This document shows positions 41,899 through 55,859 of a stretch of 64,000 nucleotides of DNA, piece by piece; the first letter of the stretch is position 1; every line of letters starts with the position of its first letter. Where the stretch lies: the NCBI GenBank assembly GCA_964016885.1, contig OZ024740.1, positions 282,348,001-282,412,000 of the forward strand, written 5' to 3'. The translations under genes and the position numbers were made by a program. The notes below the pieces were generated by a model. The model saw only the letters and a program-made list of their open reading frames with translations. It was not told the DNA's origin and did not search any database. Origin of the DNA: Eledone cirrhosa (taxonomy: Eukaryota).

Positions 41899-41942
41899 CT
41901 GCAGACACTAATGTTTCTGGGTATCACCCTTCATCAGTACAG
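41899..41942 (-). ncRNA. type I hammerhead ribozyme
   Basis: Minus strand: ctgta-CTGATGA-a-ggg-tgata-ccc-a-GAAA-ca-ttag-tg-TC-tgcag. Confidence 0.8.
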
Positions 41943-42009
41943 ATCACTGTTCACCTGCCAAACTGTCAGAGCTAGTGTAAATATATTCTGTTTTCAAAAA
42001 TACACAGTC

Positions 42010-42108
42010 ACTGATCGGCCTGATTTGCTTATTAGCAGATTGGCTGATCAGTCAGATCTGCACATTAGCAGATCCACTGATCAGCTAGATTTGCATATCA
42101 GCCGACTG
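42010..42108. repeat. 33-bp minisatellite, 3 units
   Basis: actgatcggcctgatttgcttattagcagattg and two variants. Confidence 0.8.
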
Positions 42109-42149
42109 TCCCTAACGGGTCTTTCCGTATCTGCCATTGCTTCACTTGA

Positions 42150-42425
42150 ACATCCACCCACGTTGTCTATGCCCTCCGGTGTTCCCTTTGCGGGTCTTTA
42201 TATATCGGACAAACAGGACGCCGTATGGCGGACCGTTTTGCCGAACATTTGAGGGACATACGACTCGGTTTGGATACTCCTGTCGCCCGTCATTTCTATT
42301 CCCCTGGTCATTCTTCCCTACAGTCCTGGGTGTCTTTTTACACCTTGGATCACAGGCCTCACGTACTAGGACTGAACACTGATTCACTGTCTTGGGTCCT
42401 ATTCCTCTCTTAGACTCATCTAACC
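42150..42425 (+). mobile_element. Penelope GIY-YIG fragment
   Basis: Reads LYIGQTGRRMADRFAEHLRDIRLGLDTPVARHFYSPGHS. Confidence 0.8.
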
Positions 42426-42634
42426 ACCCCAATTTCTCTAATACTCCGTCCATTATCACACCCCTAGGTTCTTATCGCTTTCTCTTTATCATTAGCAGCT
42501 TCTCTTACAACTAATACATGCCGATACACACCCTTATATTAACATACTTTTGCTCAGAGCTTTTACTTATATGCACACACACTCTTTTACTCACATATAC
42601 ACACACATTTCTTCTTAGCTTCGTACGGACCTAT

Positions 42635-42741
<107 letters not shown>

Positions 42742-42835
42742 ACACACACACACACGCACACATGCGCGCGCGCACACACAAGCTCATGTTTACGCACGTA
42801 CTCAAGTATAGCTCTTTTTACAAAACGTTTTTTTT

Positions 42836-42998
42836 TTCCATTTCAGGTAGAGGCGCGCCATCATCCACTTTTCTAAAAAGCAAGTCATACACAAAACGCC
42901 AGCACCATCAGTTTTGCAAGAGATGTCAACATCAATGGACCTGTTATTTTTATCTAAAGACATATTTTCCAATTCGATCCCGCCCGCTCCCCCAATCT
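42836..42998 (+). repeat. dispersed ~160-bp repeat (also at 49956-50116, partial at 41690-41765)
   Basis: ccatttcaggtaga...cagttttgcaagagatgtcaacat.aatggacctgttatttttatct.aagaca. Confidence 0.85.
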
Positions 42999-43015
42999 TT
43001 TTATTTCTCATTATT

Positions 43016-43051
43016 TCTTCTGATGAAGGACGAGCGTCCGAAACATTAAGA
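43016..43051 (+). ncRNA. minimal type I hammerhead ribozyme in PLE 3' region
   Basis: tctt-CTGATGA-a-ggac-gagc-gtcc-GAAA-ca-TT-aaga. Confidence 0.75.
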
Positions 43052-43232
43052 CCCACTTCCTGCTATATCAAGCGGTAACCTAATATATACCTTCCATATA
43101 CTGTACAGATTGTGTTGTTATTTCTGTTTACAATATACAGTATATACAATATCTATATATATGTATGTGATATATGATGTCAGTTGAGCTATACATACGT
43201 ACACGTATGTATATGTATATATACACACACAT

Positions 43233-43297
<65 letters not shown>

Positions 43298-43329
43298 TTA
43301 CTAATTTTAGATATTTGTCTGTGATGCTG

Positions 43330-43380
<51 letters not shown>

Positions 43381-43450
43381 TGTGTGAAGGGGTGTGGCTG
43401 AGTGGTTAGAGAATTGGATTCGCAATTGTCAGGTTGTGAGTTCGATTGCC

Positions 43451-43609
43451 GACAAAATAGAATATTAGATGTATAAAATGTTATATGACATACTCATAGA
43501 AGTGACCGTATCCGATCAATCTATTCATATCCATTTAGAATTGATCGGGTACGGTCACTTCTATGAGTATGTCATATAACATTTAATACATCTAATATTC
43601 TATTTTGTC
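43451..43609. repeat. palindrome directly upstream of an HHR
   Basis: gacaaaatagaatattagatgtat...agtgaccgta / tacggtcact...atacatctaatattctattttgtc. Confidence 0.92.
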
Positions 43610-43658
43610 TGAAGAAGGCATGCTATAATTTATCATCCCAGAAATATATATAATGAAA
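43603..43658 (+). ncRNA. type I hammerhead ribozyme
   Basis: ttttgt-CTGAAGA-aggcatg...catccca-GAAA-tatata-TA-atgaaa. Confidence 0.7.
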
Positions 43659-43666
43659 TAAATAAT

Positions 43667-43756
43667 TGTTTCTACTTTTGGCACAAGGCCAGCAATTATC
43701 CAGTGCATTACTGGTACTTTATTTTATCGACCCCGTAAGGATGAAAGGCTAGTTAA
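43667..43756 (-). mobile_element. 5'-truncated SINE family A with 16-bp TSD
   Basis: taatgaaataaataat flanks both sides. Confidence 0.85.
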
Positions 43757-43869
43757 TAATGAAATAAATAATGATGCTATAGTGTTATATCTTTCGTTTA
43801 TTACTATTATTATCATAATACTCCAGATAAAATTTATCTTTATATCTGTGGATTACATATCAACAAAGT

Positions 43870-44097
43870 CTCAAGGACTCAAGAATAGACTACTACCATT
43901 CAATGGAATGCCATCCATACGCAAGTCCAAGCCATACGCAAGGGGCAATCCGTCGTGTGGACTATGTATTGATAAACGAATAAATATTCTAAAGAGATTA
44001 CGCAATAGCGATTGCCTAAACTCGTGGTTTGAATTCTTCACACATTGTCCACATGTCTGGAAACACCTCTTACATAACTACAAAGTTCTAGATTGAA
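43870..44097 (+). mobile_element. Penelope GIY-YIG C-terminal fragment
   Basis: KSKPYARGNPSCGLCIDKRINILK..LNSWFEFFTHCPH. Confidence 0.75.
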
Positions 44098-44263
44098 TTA
44101 CAACAACCTCCAAATTTTCTTATCAACTAGAAACTTTCGGACTTTCGCAGTTATCTCCCTTACACCTCTCGCACGCAATTTATATTGCCTGAGGGAAGTG
44201 GCCGCTTCTGCGCATGCGCGTCCGTTTGGTTGCCCTTTCTGTTCCGTATAACCATGTCCATTA

Positions 44264-44301
44264 CGAGCTGAGGATCCGGTAAGGTGAAACAATTGTTCTC
44301 G
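44264..44301 (+). ncRNA. minimal type I hammerhead ribozyme
   Basis: cgag-CTGAGGA-t-cc-ggtaa-gg-t-GAAA-caattg-TT-ctcg. About 170 nt after the PLE stop codon. Confidence 0.82.
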
Positions 44302-44604
44302 GTATGGTGAACTAACTGTTGTGTAACCACTTCTACCTAACTTGTCCCACTACGGATATTACCTTCCAGTGTTCTCCCACTATATATATGGTGGTCATAT
44401 TGTTATAATATTGCCAGAAATAATAATAAAACACACTCACTGGTTAGGTTTGGTTTTCGCTTACGTATATCGTATGGTTAATTTAGCTGTCAATCAATGT
44501 TTATCATTGATTGACCAACAGTTAAACATACAGTTAAAAATACAGATATGAATATATATGAAACAAAACCAAAGAGCGCTTACATCATCAATTAATCTTT
44601 ATTT

Positions 44605-44650
44605 GGTGACAGTGTTTCGTCCTTGCATAATTGCAGGGCTCATCAGAGCG
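44605..44650 (-). ncRNA. type I hammerhead ribozyme
   Basis: Minus strand: gct-CTGATGA-gccctgca-atta-tgcaaggac-GAAA-c-act-g-TC-acc. One stem I mismatch. Confidence 0.7.
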
Positions 44651-46329
44651 TTATAAAGAGGAATTATATGAATAGTATAAACTCTACCGACCTATATCAC
44701 ACGAACGATCCATATGTAGCACAGGGGATTAAGAAGAGTGAGGTGCTTGGACGACGCGTCACCACTAGAAGCCGATACATATAAGACCAAAATCAGTTAC
44801 AATAATTAAAGATAAGGAAAAATAAAAGATAAGAGATAAAGCGTAAAGGGTAGAGTCTAGAAGTATGATGAAATAAAGATAACAATAAAGTGATGCTAAT
44901 ATAAGAAAATATAAAAAAATAATAAAAAATAATAAAAATAAAAATGAGAATAAAATATGAGAATAAAAGGTGATAAAAATAAAGATAAAAATAAAACTGA
45001 AACATAAAAGATAACACATTATATAAGCAATGCAAATAAATGCAAACGAATGTAATTGTAGACAGTAAAGGATTTCAGAGGTGACAGTATAATATTAACG
45101 AAAGTGAATGATGTAGGCAGAGTCAGATATAGCGGGAGCCAGATAAAACGATCATATAGTGGAATTCCATGTATCCATCACAGTATGGCAACAAGTGTTA
45201 TAGGTGGCGTTCAAATGCAAATTATCTGTGTGGTTCACAGAACATATAGGTCGCTAAAGCAAAGCGTAGTGGAAGCAGGTGAAAGCAATCATCACGGATA
45301 TCAGTAGAATATAATGTTTGCGTGTGTGTCTGTTTGTGTGTAAGTCTACATAGACCTACGTACGTACGCACACACTCATATATATATATATATACACATA
45401 CATGTATCCACGTGTTCCATTCGTCCGTGTTACCCCTTACGATTACAATACCATCCACTCCAGTCTCATGTTGGGATCAATACCTCCGCATCATAGCTGT
45501 GGGGTTGTGAGTCCATGCAATCCCAAGTTTCTCAGCTTACCACGTGGTGTAACGAATGACTTAAATTATCCGAGTCATACAAGTATAGATGTAACTATAC
45601 ATATCAAGCTGTAAGGTACATTCGGCGCATCCACAGTATCGCTTACTATATTCCAACCTGGTACAATGGTTCTCCAACATGTTCTACTTTAATTAATTAA
45701 ATCAAATCAGTTGACCGTTTAATTCCAGTGTTTACAGCGTTCCGGTGCTTCTGTGTTCTACACTTTGCTCACATTCAAAGATCAACACTCAGAATATGAT
45801 GACGTAGTAAACATTTCGAGTGGACATCATAATGCTCCTAGCAGGCTGACCATTCCCTTGGGGGGAGGGTAAGGGAGGTCAGTCTGGCCGTCTATTTACG
45901 AAGATACAGATTAAATCATTCCACGATAAGGGGGACAACTCTAGACTGTACCCATTTTGACCAAACTCGCCAGAGACAACTAACGCAATATCAAATAACC
46001 CCCCCCCCCCAGGTATGAGTTGTTTACCCACACTGAGACCGGTTATGGCATCAAAGTCGGGTTCACTCATAACACGAGACAGTAATAATCACTGCAGTCT
46101 GTTATGGGAGCAATCCTTTTGGGACTCATATATATACCACTGTTGTTAGCAGTATTCCTGCGTTAGTTAACCTCTATGAACGCGAGGTGATCTTACCACA
46201 CGAAAATGTACCATTCCTCAAATTCCAGGTCAAATTCAGCGAGATCGAAGTTGGGGTCCCCTACATACTAGTTGGGTGCGGGTACATTAAGGGGTATGCA
46301 AGTTGAAGAGATAAATGAGTGCTAAAGAA

Positions 46330-47745
46330 ATAGAAAAAGAAAAAGAACCTAATTTCAAAGCGGCTTATCTAGATACTCGGCTTAAAATAGAAGAAAGGAC
46401 TTAGGATTATGTGCGGGCAGGAGGAAAATATCTAAGATTTCCTATTGAGCAGGTTTTGTCTGGAGTAAACTATGGCTTGAGATTTCAGAAGGCAGAGGTT
46501 ACACATTTTGCTCGGTGGGCGATAAGATGCAGACTTAGCCACCTGTCTCCAATTAAGAGTATAGGAGTTGCCGGCTTTTTTTAAAACGGAAATATAGCTT
46601 GCCAACGAGGTTGTATTCTTAAGCCTATCATGCCTAAATGTGCTTCTATGTGAGTTATATCAATGTAGGTTTTGGTAGAGGTAGGTGTTGTGACGTCACA
46701 AGCGTAGACTATATTTTTCATGAGGCAGTAGCTCCTAAGAGGGAAACTATCTCTCAGCCTCCAATTACAGTTGCGGGTTGTGTCATTCAACTTGCGTCGG
46801 GACGGGTGACTGTTTGCACTATCCCGAAGCATTACTTGTGCATTTGGTGGGTCACTCCCTCCATCAGGCAACCCATTTCCCAGTGGGTTAGGTGGCTGGT
46901 AGTTATTTGCAGATCTGATGGTCTCAAAACCTTCCCTAATTTTCCTATTAGTTGTGCGTGCTAAGTGTGAGGCTAGATTAAGTGTAGTAGAATAGGATAA
47001 TTTAATTGTATTTTTATTAATAATACTGTGATATCTACTGCCTGACGGGAAGTTCTTTTCTAGTATCGAGAAGAATATTCTAGGAAAGTTGGTAAGGACT
47101 TCAGAGTTATAAGCTGGGTTGAAATAAGTGTTTTGCCATCTTCTATTTTTCCTATTTCTCCTATTTAGAGGGTTATTATTGTTAGGGTTTACTTCATGCG
47201 GTTGTGCTGCGTTATTTAGGTTACTGCCAGTGCCATTGTCGTTTCCATTTCCTTGGTTTCTATCTTTAACTCCAATCACGCCGTTATTAGTATTACTGCC
47301 ATTGGTATTGGGCAGGTTGTTGGTGTGCCTATATGGCTTTGGCCGGGCTGGATTATTTACGGTTTGATTCTTACTCCTATTCCTATTTCTATTACGGTTA
47401 TTATTTATAGACATATTGTGTGTGATTATAGTATTTAGCCTAGTATAGGTGGTTTGGGAGTTGCTGGGTATATAAAATAGCTTATTTTTATAACCGGATT
47501 TTGCTAAGGCTTCATTATAGTATCCAGCATTGGAATTGAATGCATTCTCACTATAGGATAGCTGCTAATTCTATTTGAAACTCCTTTAATAATAGCGTTT
47601 AGAACCGATTTAGGATGGTTGGAGCTGGCATTTACATAGGTTAGTTTTTCATCAGGTTTATGGTATGGTGCGAATGTTTTATTTTCTAAGTCTAGGGTTG
47701 CATCTAAGAAGTTAACTGTTTTGTTATTCTTATCTATAGAGTCTA
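46330..47745 (-). mobile_element. 5'-truncated decayed Penelope-like element
   Basis: NFLDATL, YVNASSNHP, YFNPAYN, IKLSYSTT, IVYACDVTT..TYI, and a C-terminal CNLC..LNRK. Confidence 0.85.
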
Positions 47746-48008
47746 AGTTCTTTCACCACACACCTGGGACATCATCAGTGGTACTATTATGTTTCCTCCC
47801 GTTGTATTGTAATGTCTATTCTATTTTTATTTATTTATTCTTATCTCTGTTTGCGCATGCGTTTGTGTGCGTGTTTTCTGTTTGGTGTGTGTTCGTGTCT
47901 GAGTCTGTGTGTGTTTATTCGTGGTTGCTGTTATTGTACCTGTGTATATTTATTTATATTTATCTTAGGTCACTATTGTATGTTTGTGTATGATTGTTGT
48001 TATTCCAT

Positions 48009-49845
48009 TCATTTCAACTTCGGTTTTCTTAGTTGTCTTTCAGTTGCTTCCATAATTTGTCTACCCGTGGAGTCATTTCTATGTTTAGATATTATTTTAA
48101 TTTCTATGTTGTCTATATTACCATCATGTCTTAGTATGGCATGTTCATATAGTACTGAACCGTCTTTTTTTCCTTTTAGTTCCCCCCAGTGTTGGTCCAT
48201 CTCCTTCCCTATGCTCTGACCTGTCTCTCCTATGTATGTCGTCATGTTTCAGCAAGTACCCTCTGTACATCTTATGCTATAGACTACATTTCTAGGTTTA
48301 CAATTTATTTATGGATTTATTCTATATATAACACATTTCTTATTAGTACATTGGGTTTTCTTAAAGGTATATGTTTTGCTGATCAGGATTTTTTCTTTCT
48401 TGGGGCCTTTCTAAATTGGTTAGCTAGTTCAACACAAGGGGTTGCATCAACGAACATGACACTTTTGTATCTCTGGTTGTCGTATCTTATGTTTAGTCCT
48501 GTCTATGCTATTCCATGATTCCATGTGCAAATCCTTTCATATCCATCTCTATGAGGGGTATTTCTTCTTATATTTCTTCGTGGCTCCTTTTTACACCCTG
48601 ATTCTATCTCTTTGGTTGTAGCCTAAAGAACTGCATACGATTGATGAAATGTTATATGTGTCTTTCCAGTTCAGATAGATCGCACATGCGGGACACATTC
48701 TTCATCACTCTTACCAAGTCCGTGATCAGAATATTAAACTTAGCACTATTGGACATCGCTGAGGTTTTGTGTATAAGGTATTTAGAGGACATGGGTTTAG
48801 CATAATGTTAGTGGAGAATTTGGGTTTTCTCGTTTATAGTGTGTAACGAGAGTTCAGAGTCTAATACTGGTAGTCTATTGTTAGGGTGTTTGGATGGGTA
48901 GTCAATAGTTACTGTTATGCTCTGGTGTATGGAGTTAGTTATCTGCTGGATGCTCTCCATTGTGTTAATTTCTAATCCGGATTTATTGGTACTCGCTTGT
49001 GGGAGTGTTTCTATTAACATATCACGCAACAAGAGTACATGATGAGGATTATGGAGTTTTCAGATAGGCGTTCTCTGAGGCTCCTTTCCCACCATACCAT
49101 AAATAGGCTGACAGCATCCCATCGCCAGCTATGCTGACGCCAACGGCTGCTCCTTCATCTGGGGTGTAAATTTAAACATGTGGCCCTTTAGGGTAGTTTT
49201 AATACTAGCCCCTACCACATGTCAGATCATTTTTCTCACCTGATCGTTGTTCTCGGGTGTCCGTATGACTTTAGTTCACACATTCCACACATTCTTCTTA
49301 TGGTAGTCTTTTTAGCCATTGAAGTTATGGTGGGGTGTACCTCTTATTGGTCTACTAGGGCAAAAACTGCTAAGGTCATAATTATTTAGATATTCTCTGT
49401 CACATGTAAGTCTAAGTAGGAGGCCCAGTTCGTCTGTGTCAACATCACAGAACCCTACCTCACTCTCACTAATTATTTTCACACATTTTCCACAGCACAA
49501 ACCAATGTCAATGGATGGGTACAGGGACACAACATCCATACTACCTATTATGCAGTTTGTCAAGTCTTCGGTGTAGTTACAGTTATTGAGGAGGTCCTCT
49601 GTGCTGTCACATACATCTGGGAACATCGTTATTATGGGGCGTGCAATCATAGAGAGGAAGTAGAAAATTCTATATTTGCTAATAATTTTGGCTCCGCCTT
49701 CAGGTCTTGTTGGTGGCTCTATCATATGGCTGCTACTTGTTTTATGGTCTTTGTGGAGCCCATACAGGGGTGGTATATCGTTTTTAGAGGCTTGGAAATT
49801 ATTGGCTGTGCGTCTACTTGGTTTTAGGATATCAGTCCACATGAT
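48009..49845 (-). mobile_element. decayed Penelope-like element (distinct lineage)
   Basis: LYGLHKDHK, IGSMDVVSLYPSID, RLPVLDSEL (RT); YIGETGQSIG..HW..SVLYEHA..RQIMEA (GIY-YIG). Confidence 0.85.
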
Positions 49846-50191
49846 CTTATGAGCATTGAGGATGCTTTCTCATTCCTTGTGTGTCTGTGGTGTTGTTTCG
49901 CTCGTGTTGATGTGAGTGATTTTTATTATATATTTCTGGCAATATTATAACAATTTCCATTTCAGGTAGATGCGCACCTTCATCCACTTTTCTAAAAAAC
50001 AAATCATCACAAAACGCCAGCACCAACAGTTTTGCAAGAGGTGTCAACATGAATGGACCTGTTATTTTTATCTGAAGACATTTTTTCCACTTCCATCCCG
50101 CCCGCTCCCTCAATCTAACAATATTTGTTTCAACACGATTTCATATCAAAAGCCTTGCAAAACAAATTCCTCGCCGTCATAAGCACAAGCT

Positions 50192-50256
<65 letters not shown>

Positions 50257-50289
50257 CACACACACTCACACACACACGCACACGCACAC

Positions 50290-50391
<102 letters not shown>

Positions 50392-50892
50392 GTATATATA
50401 TATATATATATATATTGTTATACTTGGGGAGGGTCATATTTGTGTAATATTGCCAGAATTAATAACAGAACACACTCACTGTTTGGTTGGTTTTCGCTTC
50501 TCGCTGTCTTTTATATCTGTAATCTAACTTACTCGGTCCTCAATGTTGCCATTGACTGACCGACGGTCAAAAATAATACAGATACAATATAGACACAAAC
50601 ACATATATAGTTTCCATAATTTACATAAATCTTTCGTTGCTGGGTTCAAGTAATGAGCTGATAAGTAATGAGATAAGTTTAAATGGCTAAGGGCAAAAAA
50701 AACAATTGTGTCTATTTAAATAAAATGGATATGTTAACCACACATTTTTACCGGAGTTTATTAATTACCTGTTTACTTTTCAATAGTATTCCTGGTATAT
50801 ACAAACTGAATGTAACACAACAACAGTATTTCCCCCACTATCATTCACCTCCCGTTGATAAATATGGCTATCTTCTCTAATCATTATGAATA

Positions 50893-51017
50893 TTTACGAT
50901 CTGAGTTCAAATCCCGCCGAGGTTGACTTTGCCTTTCATCCTTATGGGGTCGATAAAATAAAGTACCAGTAATGCACTGGGTAATTGCTGGCCTTGTGCC
51001 TAAAGTAGAAACAATTA
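50893..51017 (+). mobile_element. SINE family A, 5'-truncated
   Basis: Consensus match. Confidence 0.85.
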
Positions 51018-51680
51018 TGAATATACAAACATTACTAATCTACCTGACGTGTTTAAGTGCGTCCCTGTTGTTCAACAATCGATCTTAGTCATTTAAGAAA
51101 ATGTTTTACACTACTTCAACAATATATTTTTTTAATGTAATGTTTAAGGTGGTGGTGGTGGGGATTGGGTGGGGTTATATCCCACATATTCATTCCGGTC
51201 TCTCAAGCTTCTTCAGTTTCTAGTGACAATGTCATTTTCTGACCATCAACAAGGGCACTTTCTTAAAATTGCTAGTGTAAAACTCACAAGTCCTTGATTC
51301 TCTCATGGTCGATTCGTTGTTGAATTGTCACTTGTTGGGGTAGACAGTCAGAGCACCAAACAATGGAACGAAATGTTTATCTCAGAGTTTTTACTGACGA
51401 CTAAAACACATTTCTAATAGAAATGCTTCTGTTTCATATATTCCATATCAATGTAAACTTTAAAAATAACACAATATAAGGGAGGTTTTTTTAGATGTCA
51501 TAAAATTCAAATTACAATAATCATACGTCAAAGAAGAAAAAAATATAGACATGTATCTACTTGACAATTAAAAAAAAATCTCTTCAAATTACATAGAAAA
51601 TGATGGGAACGAAATATTACTATTAAATAAGTGTTTCTATATATTTAGCAACATGGTAACGCCACATATCTCTGTTTTAT

Positions 51681-51766
51681 AAAGGGTGCGGCAGAAAAAC
51701 ACAAACTCCCATATTATACATGTTCACTGTGTAAAATATGGGAGATTTTCTTTCTGTCGCACCCTG
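51681..51766. mobile_element. Tc1-type mini-MITE
   Basis: TIRs agggtgcggcagaaaa..actcccatatt / aatatgggaga..tttctgtcgcaccct, TA-flanked. Confidence 0.7.
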
Positions 51767-51769
51767 TAT

Positions 51770-51836
<67 letters not shown>

Positions 51837-51936
51837 AAATTATATAAAATTATATATATATATCTATAACACATGTATATATATAATATATATATATATG
51901 TGTTATATATATAATATATATAATATATATATATAT

Positions 51937-52115
51937 GTGGGAGCCCCTACATGGACACACTAGAAGAGGAACACCAAGGTTAACGTGTGTTAACCTTGGT
52001 CGTCCCTAAGGACAGACACTGGTCTGTTGGAGACGCAGGACATGGCAGCGATAATGAGGGACAGAGACCGCTGGAGAGAACTCGTCCATGAATCTCGGGA
52101 ATTTTACCCGTCTTA
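51937..52115 (+). mobile_element. RTE 3' fragment
   Basis: WEPLHGH..RGTPRLT-like and ..MRDRDRWRE ends. Confidence 0.55.
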
Positions 52116-52167
52116 GATAGATAGATATATAACACATACACAAACACACACACACATATATATATTT

Positions 52168-52213
<46 letters not shown>

Positions 52214-52689
52214 TATATATATATATATATATATATAAGTGTGTGTTTATGTGTGTGTATATCTATATACATACATGCATGCACCATTCATACATACATA
52301 GAAATATCATTAACGTGACCAGTCACACGTTGATAGATGACTAGGCTTAGAGATAGTTGAGCAACAAATTTAAGATGAATACTATCTCCGACAGTAATGC
52401 CACAAATACCAACCGTGTTCAATAACTGGATAATTCTTCTAATTATACTCATTGAAGACATCTTTTATTCGAATTCGTAGATATAACCGACTAAGCACTA
52501 AATTTATTTTTCAAGGATTTGCATCAAACAGCATGACTGCACACACCATCAACATTAGTGGAGAACGGAGGAAAAAAACAACGAGAAAGGTAAACAAAAT
52601 GTCTTTACTTGTAGCTACAGAAGGATCCGAAATTATAAATTACATTTTTCTTGGAGTTAAAAACTGAATAATGATTTATTTAATTGTTA

Positions 52690-54990
52690 TAAAAGGGCTA
52701 AAAAAGATCCCTCCATTGCCTATATGAACAGAATGAAGCTATACTGGGATGAAATACACCCAGAACTAAATCACGTCACAGCTAAACAATTACGCCAAGA
52801 AACGTTTGTTGAATGTAGAAATGATATGAACATTATTCACATTAACTCCCCAAGATAGAACATGCAATCAGCAACACGTGGTACAGGTCGCCATGCTACA
52901 AGACTTTTTTGCAGCCATCAACAACCAACGGTAATACATAGTCCTTTGAAACAACCATGCCGGTAAGAAATTTAATTTTGATTGCTCACTACTGGTACAA
53001 GAAAGTGACATTCTATCGGATGTATCTTATCAACCTCTACCAGCAAGCTCTCAAGGGATATGCACATATTCAAGGAAAGTTGACATTAGCATAAACAATA
53101 TTAATCCCCAGGAACAAAGACACCCAATTGGCCAACACTACTTATCCACTGCATGCCAGAACCTGATGTATAAAATCGATACAACCTGCCTGAACCTATT
53201 TTTCCAAGATCTCTGGGAAAATAATAACATCATCACAGATTACCAAGCAGCTGGGAAGAAAGATGTTAGGAGATGTACTGAACAACTAATTAACAAAACC
53301 GCGATGTGAGAGATGCGACAACTTAGGAGGAATATGTTTACAGTTTGACTGGACTACAGGTAAGCATTTAATTCTGTCCCCCACTCTTGGTTGCTAGAGG
53401 TGTTTCGACTTGCTAAAACCCCAGACACTATTATCAGAGCCTTAGAGAATCTTTCTTCTTCTTATGCTATTGTCCTAAAGTTAAACACAGAGAAGGAGGA
53501 CTCTATTGTCACTGATAAAATAGAACATCACAGGGGTATATTCCAAGAAGAGTCTCTCTGTACTTACTATATATTCTGTCATTCAAACCCCTTGATCTTT
53601 CTGCTCAAGAAATGTGAAGGATACATAATTGGCTCACAGGAGGACAGAAATACAAACCTAACCTATAACTTCCTTGTGGATGACCTGAAACTCTATGGCA
53701 AGAACATAAATGGGATGAAGAAAACACTTGACAAGTTTACGATATCCTTGAAGGATATAGCAATATATTTATCAACTTTTTCCCAGATATCTGACAAGTA
53801 CTGCTACAGATACCTAGGGACAGATGACAATGTATCCTATGATTGTATTTGTAACAAGGAACGCGCAACCAGGAAATATTTCACCCGATTAAGAAAGATG
53901 TGTCATCTGAAATCTGCGCAAAACTAAGCAGTAGCTCACAATGTGTTTGAGGTGCCTGTCTTAACACCAACCTTTGGAAACTCGATTGGACGATAGATGA
54001 AATCCGAGCTATTGATGTTAAAAACCGAAAAATCGTAAATAACACCGGAAATTTCCACATCAACAGTAACGTAAACCGCATCTACTTGAAACGTAAGGAG
54101 CCAGGAAGATGTCTAACATCAGCCTAGAAAGCATTTTAGTGTCACATCATATCAATCCAACAACATCTACGAACCACCAGGCGTCGGAGCCCATTTACAG
54201 AGCAAGTGTGTCTACATCAGATAGATACGATCATGAGAGCTGAGGAAGAACTCCTTGAAAAATACTCCCTGAATGATAATCAAAATCTCAAACCCAGGGA
54301 AATCGCCCAGCAATACCGCATGGATGAAAAACTGCATGTTTTTCAGCAAAAGGTCGTGCATGGAAATGTTGCCAGGAGGCTCCAAAGTGAGAGTAATATA
54401 GATAAGGAAAGTAGTCCATCTTGGACCAAAAACCGGTATATGGGCTCTCACAATCCAAGAACAGGAAATCAACAGAAAATACCTGATTCACAAAAGAGAT
54501 AGCGATGCACGAAAACACTTAGATGCGACAATAAATGTAGACTCTGCAGAATTAACATCGAAGATGTCACCCATGTCATAAGCAGCTGTCCAAAGATGTC
54601 ATCACGGTATTGTATGCCTATGAGGCATCATGTAGTGGCCAAAACACTACCATGCAATCCATAGAAAAGATAACCTCGACAATAAACATTAAAAGCTACA
54701 GCAATGTTGAAGACATACACATATGTAATATGAAAGAGTACTGGTGGAATGATCCAGTCAAAACCCCAATAAAATGCAAACATAATAGAGCAGATATAAT
54801 GATATGGGACAGGGAAAAGAAGGCATGGACAGTGATGGAATTTAGTTGCCTAGTATAAGCCAATATAATATTAAAGATCAGCGATAAAAAGGATATCTAC
54901 AGATACTCAACTGCCCCAGTAGAAATCTTGAGAAACCGGGCTTCACAGAAACAGAAAGAACAGGACTTGTTAGAAAATTACAAATGAAAT
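52690..54990 (+). mobile_element. decayed R4/Dong-like RLE non-LTR retrotransposon
   Basis: LDYR*AFNSVPHSWL, RGIFQ, FLVDDLKLYG, YRYLG (RT); CRLCRINIEDVTHVISSCPKM (CCHC), RHHVVAK, KHNRADIMIWD..VMEFS (REL endonuclease). Confidence 0.82.
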
Positions 54991-55609
54991 TTGTTATAGG
55001 GAGTACGTATATATATACAGATGATTATCGTAACCATGTGGGGTTCGATGGACTCGTAAGAACCAACCCGTACTCCCTATAACATCTGTTCTACTTAAAG
55101 GTTTACTTTATTAACATAATTGTTAACATATTGCCAAGAAATAGCTTCAACGTCTGACCTTTCTCCACCATTACTTTACTTCTCTCTTTTTAGAATATTT
55201 AATTAATTTTTATTTTTTTCCTTTACTAATTATTTCATTTGCTTATAGGACAAATAATTTGTAAATTCCCGTCGTTTTACATTCCATCCTTATCAAATTA
55301 ATCACTTTCTTCCTGAATAATTAGTTGTATATTTTGCTGCATATATTATTATTAATTATTTTGTTTAATTTCATATTTGACACTCCCAATTACATATATT
55401 TAACAATTGTTAATTTCTATTTGCACATTCAATATTGTCAAACCAATTGCAAGATGCGATATTTGAAGAATTGACTTAACTCTTTATCTTACGAATATCT
55501 GTTGAATATTGGGAAGCGAATTCGTGGTGGGGAAATTATGTAATAAGTTACGATTAAGTATTCTAAAATGTCGGGAGGAATTGTAATTCGCCGACAACGC
55601 TGCTGCTGC

Positions 55610-55770
55610 TTCTTCTTCTTCTTCTTCTTCTTCTTCTTCTTCTTCTTCTTCTTCTTCTTCTTCTTCTTCTTCTTCTTCTTCTTCTTCTTCTTCTTCTTCT
55701 TCTTCTTCTTCTTCTTCTTCTTCTTCTTCTTCTTCTTCTTCTTCTTCTTCTTCTTCTTCTTCTTCTTCTT
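55610..55770. repeat. (TTC)n microsatellite
   Basis: Pure triplet run; the duplicate at 61250-61390 is 21 nt shorter. Confidence 0.95.
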
Positions 55771-55859
55771 GATCAAGCTGGATGCCTAAGCTGAATGTTA
55801 TCCAACCATCTTGCTCGGAGTCTGAACCTGGGTCTCCGGCCCGCAAAATCTCATAATAT

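Noticed and set aside
42010-42108. CRISPR-like periodicity
   Set aside because: Tandem units without unique spacers, in a eukaryotic context with no cas genes.
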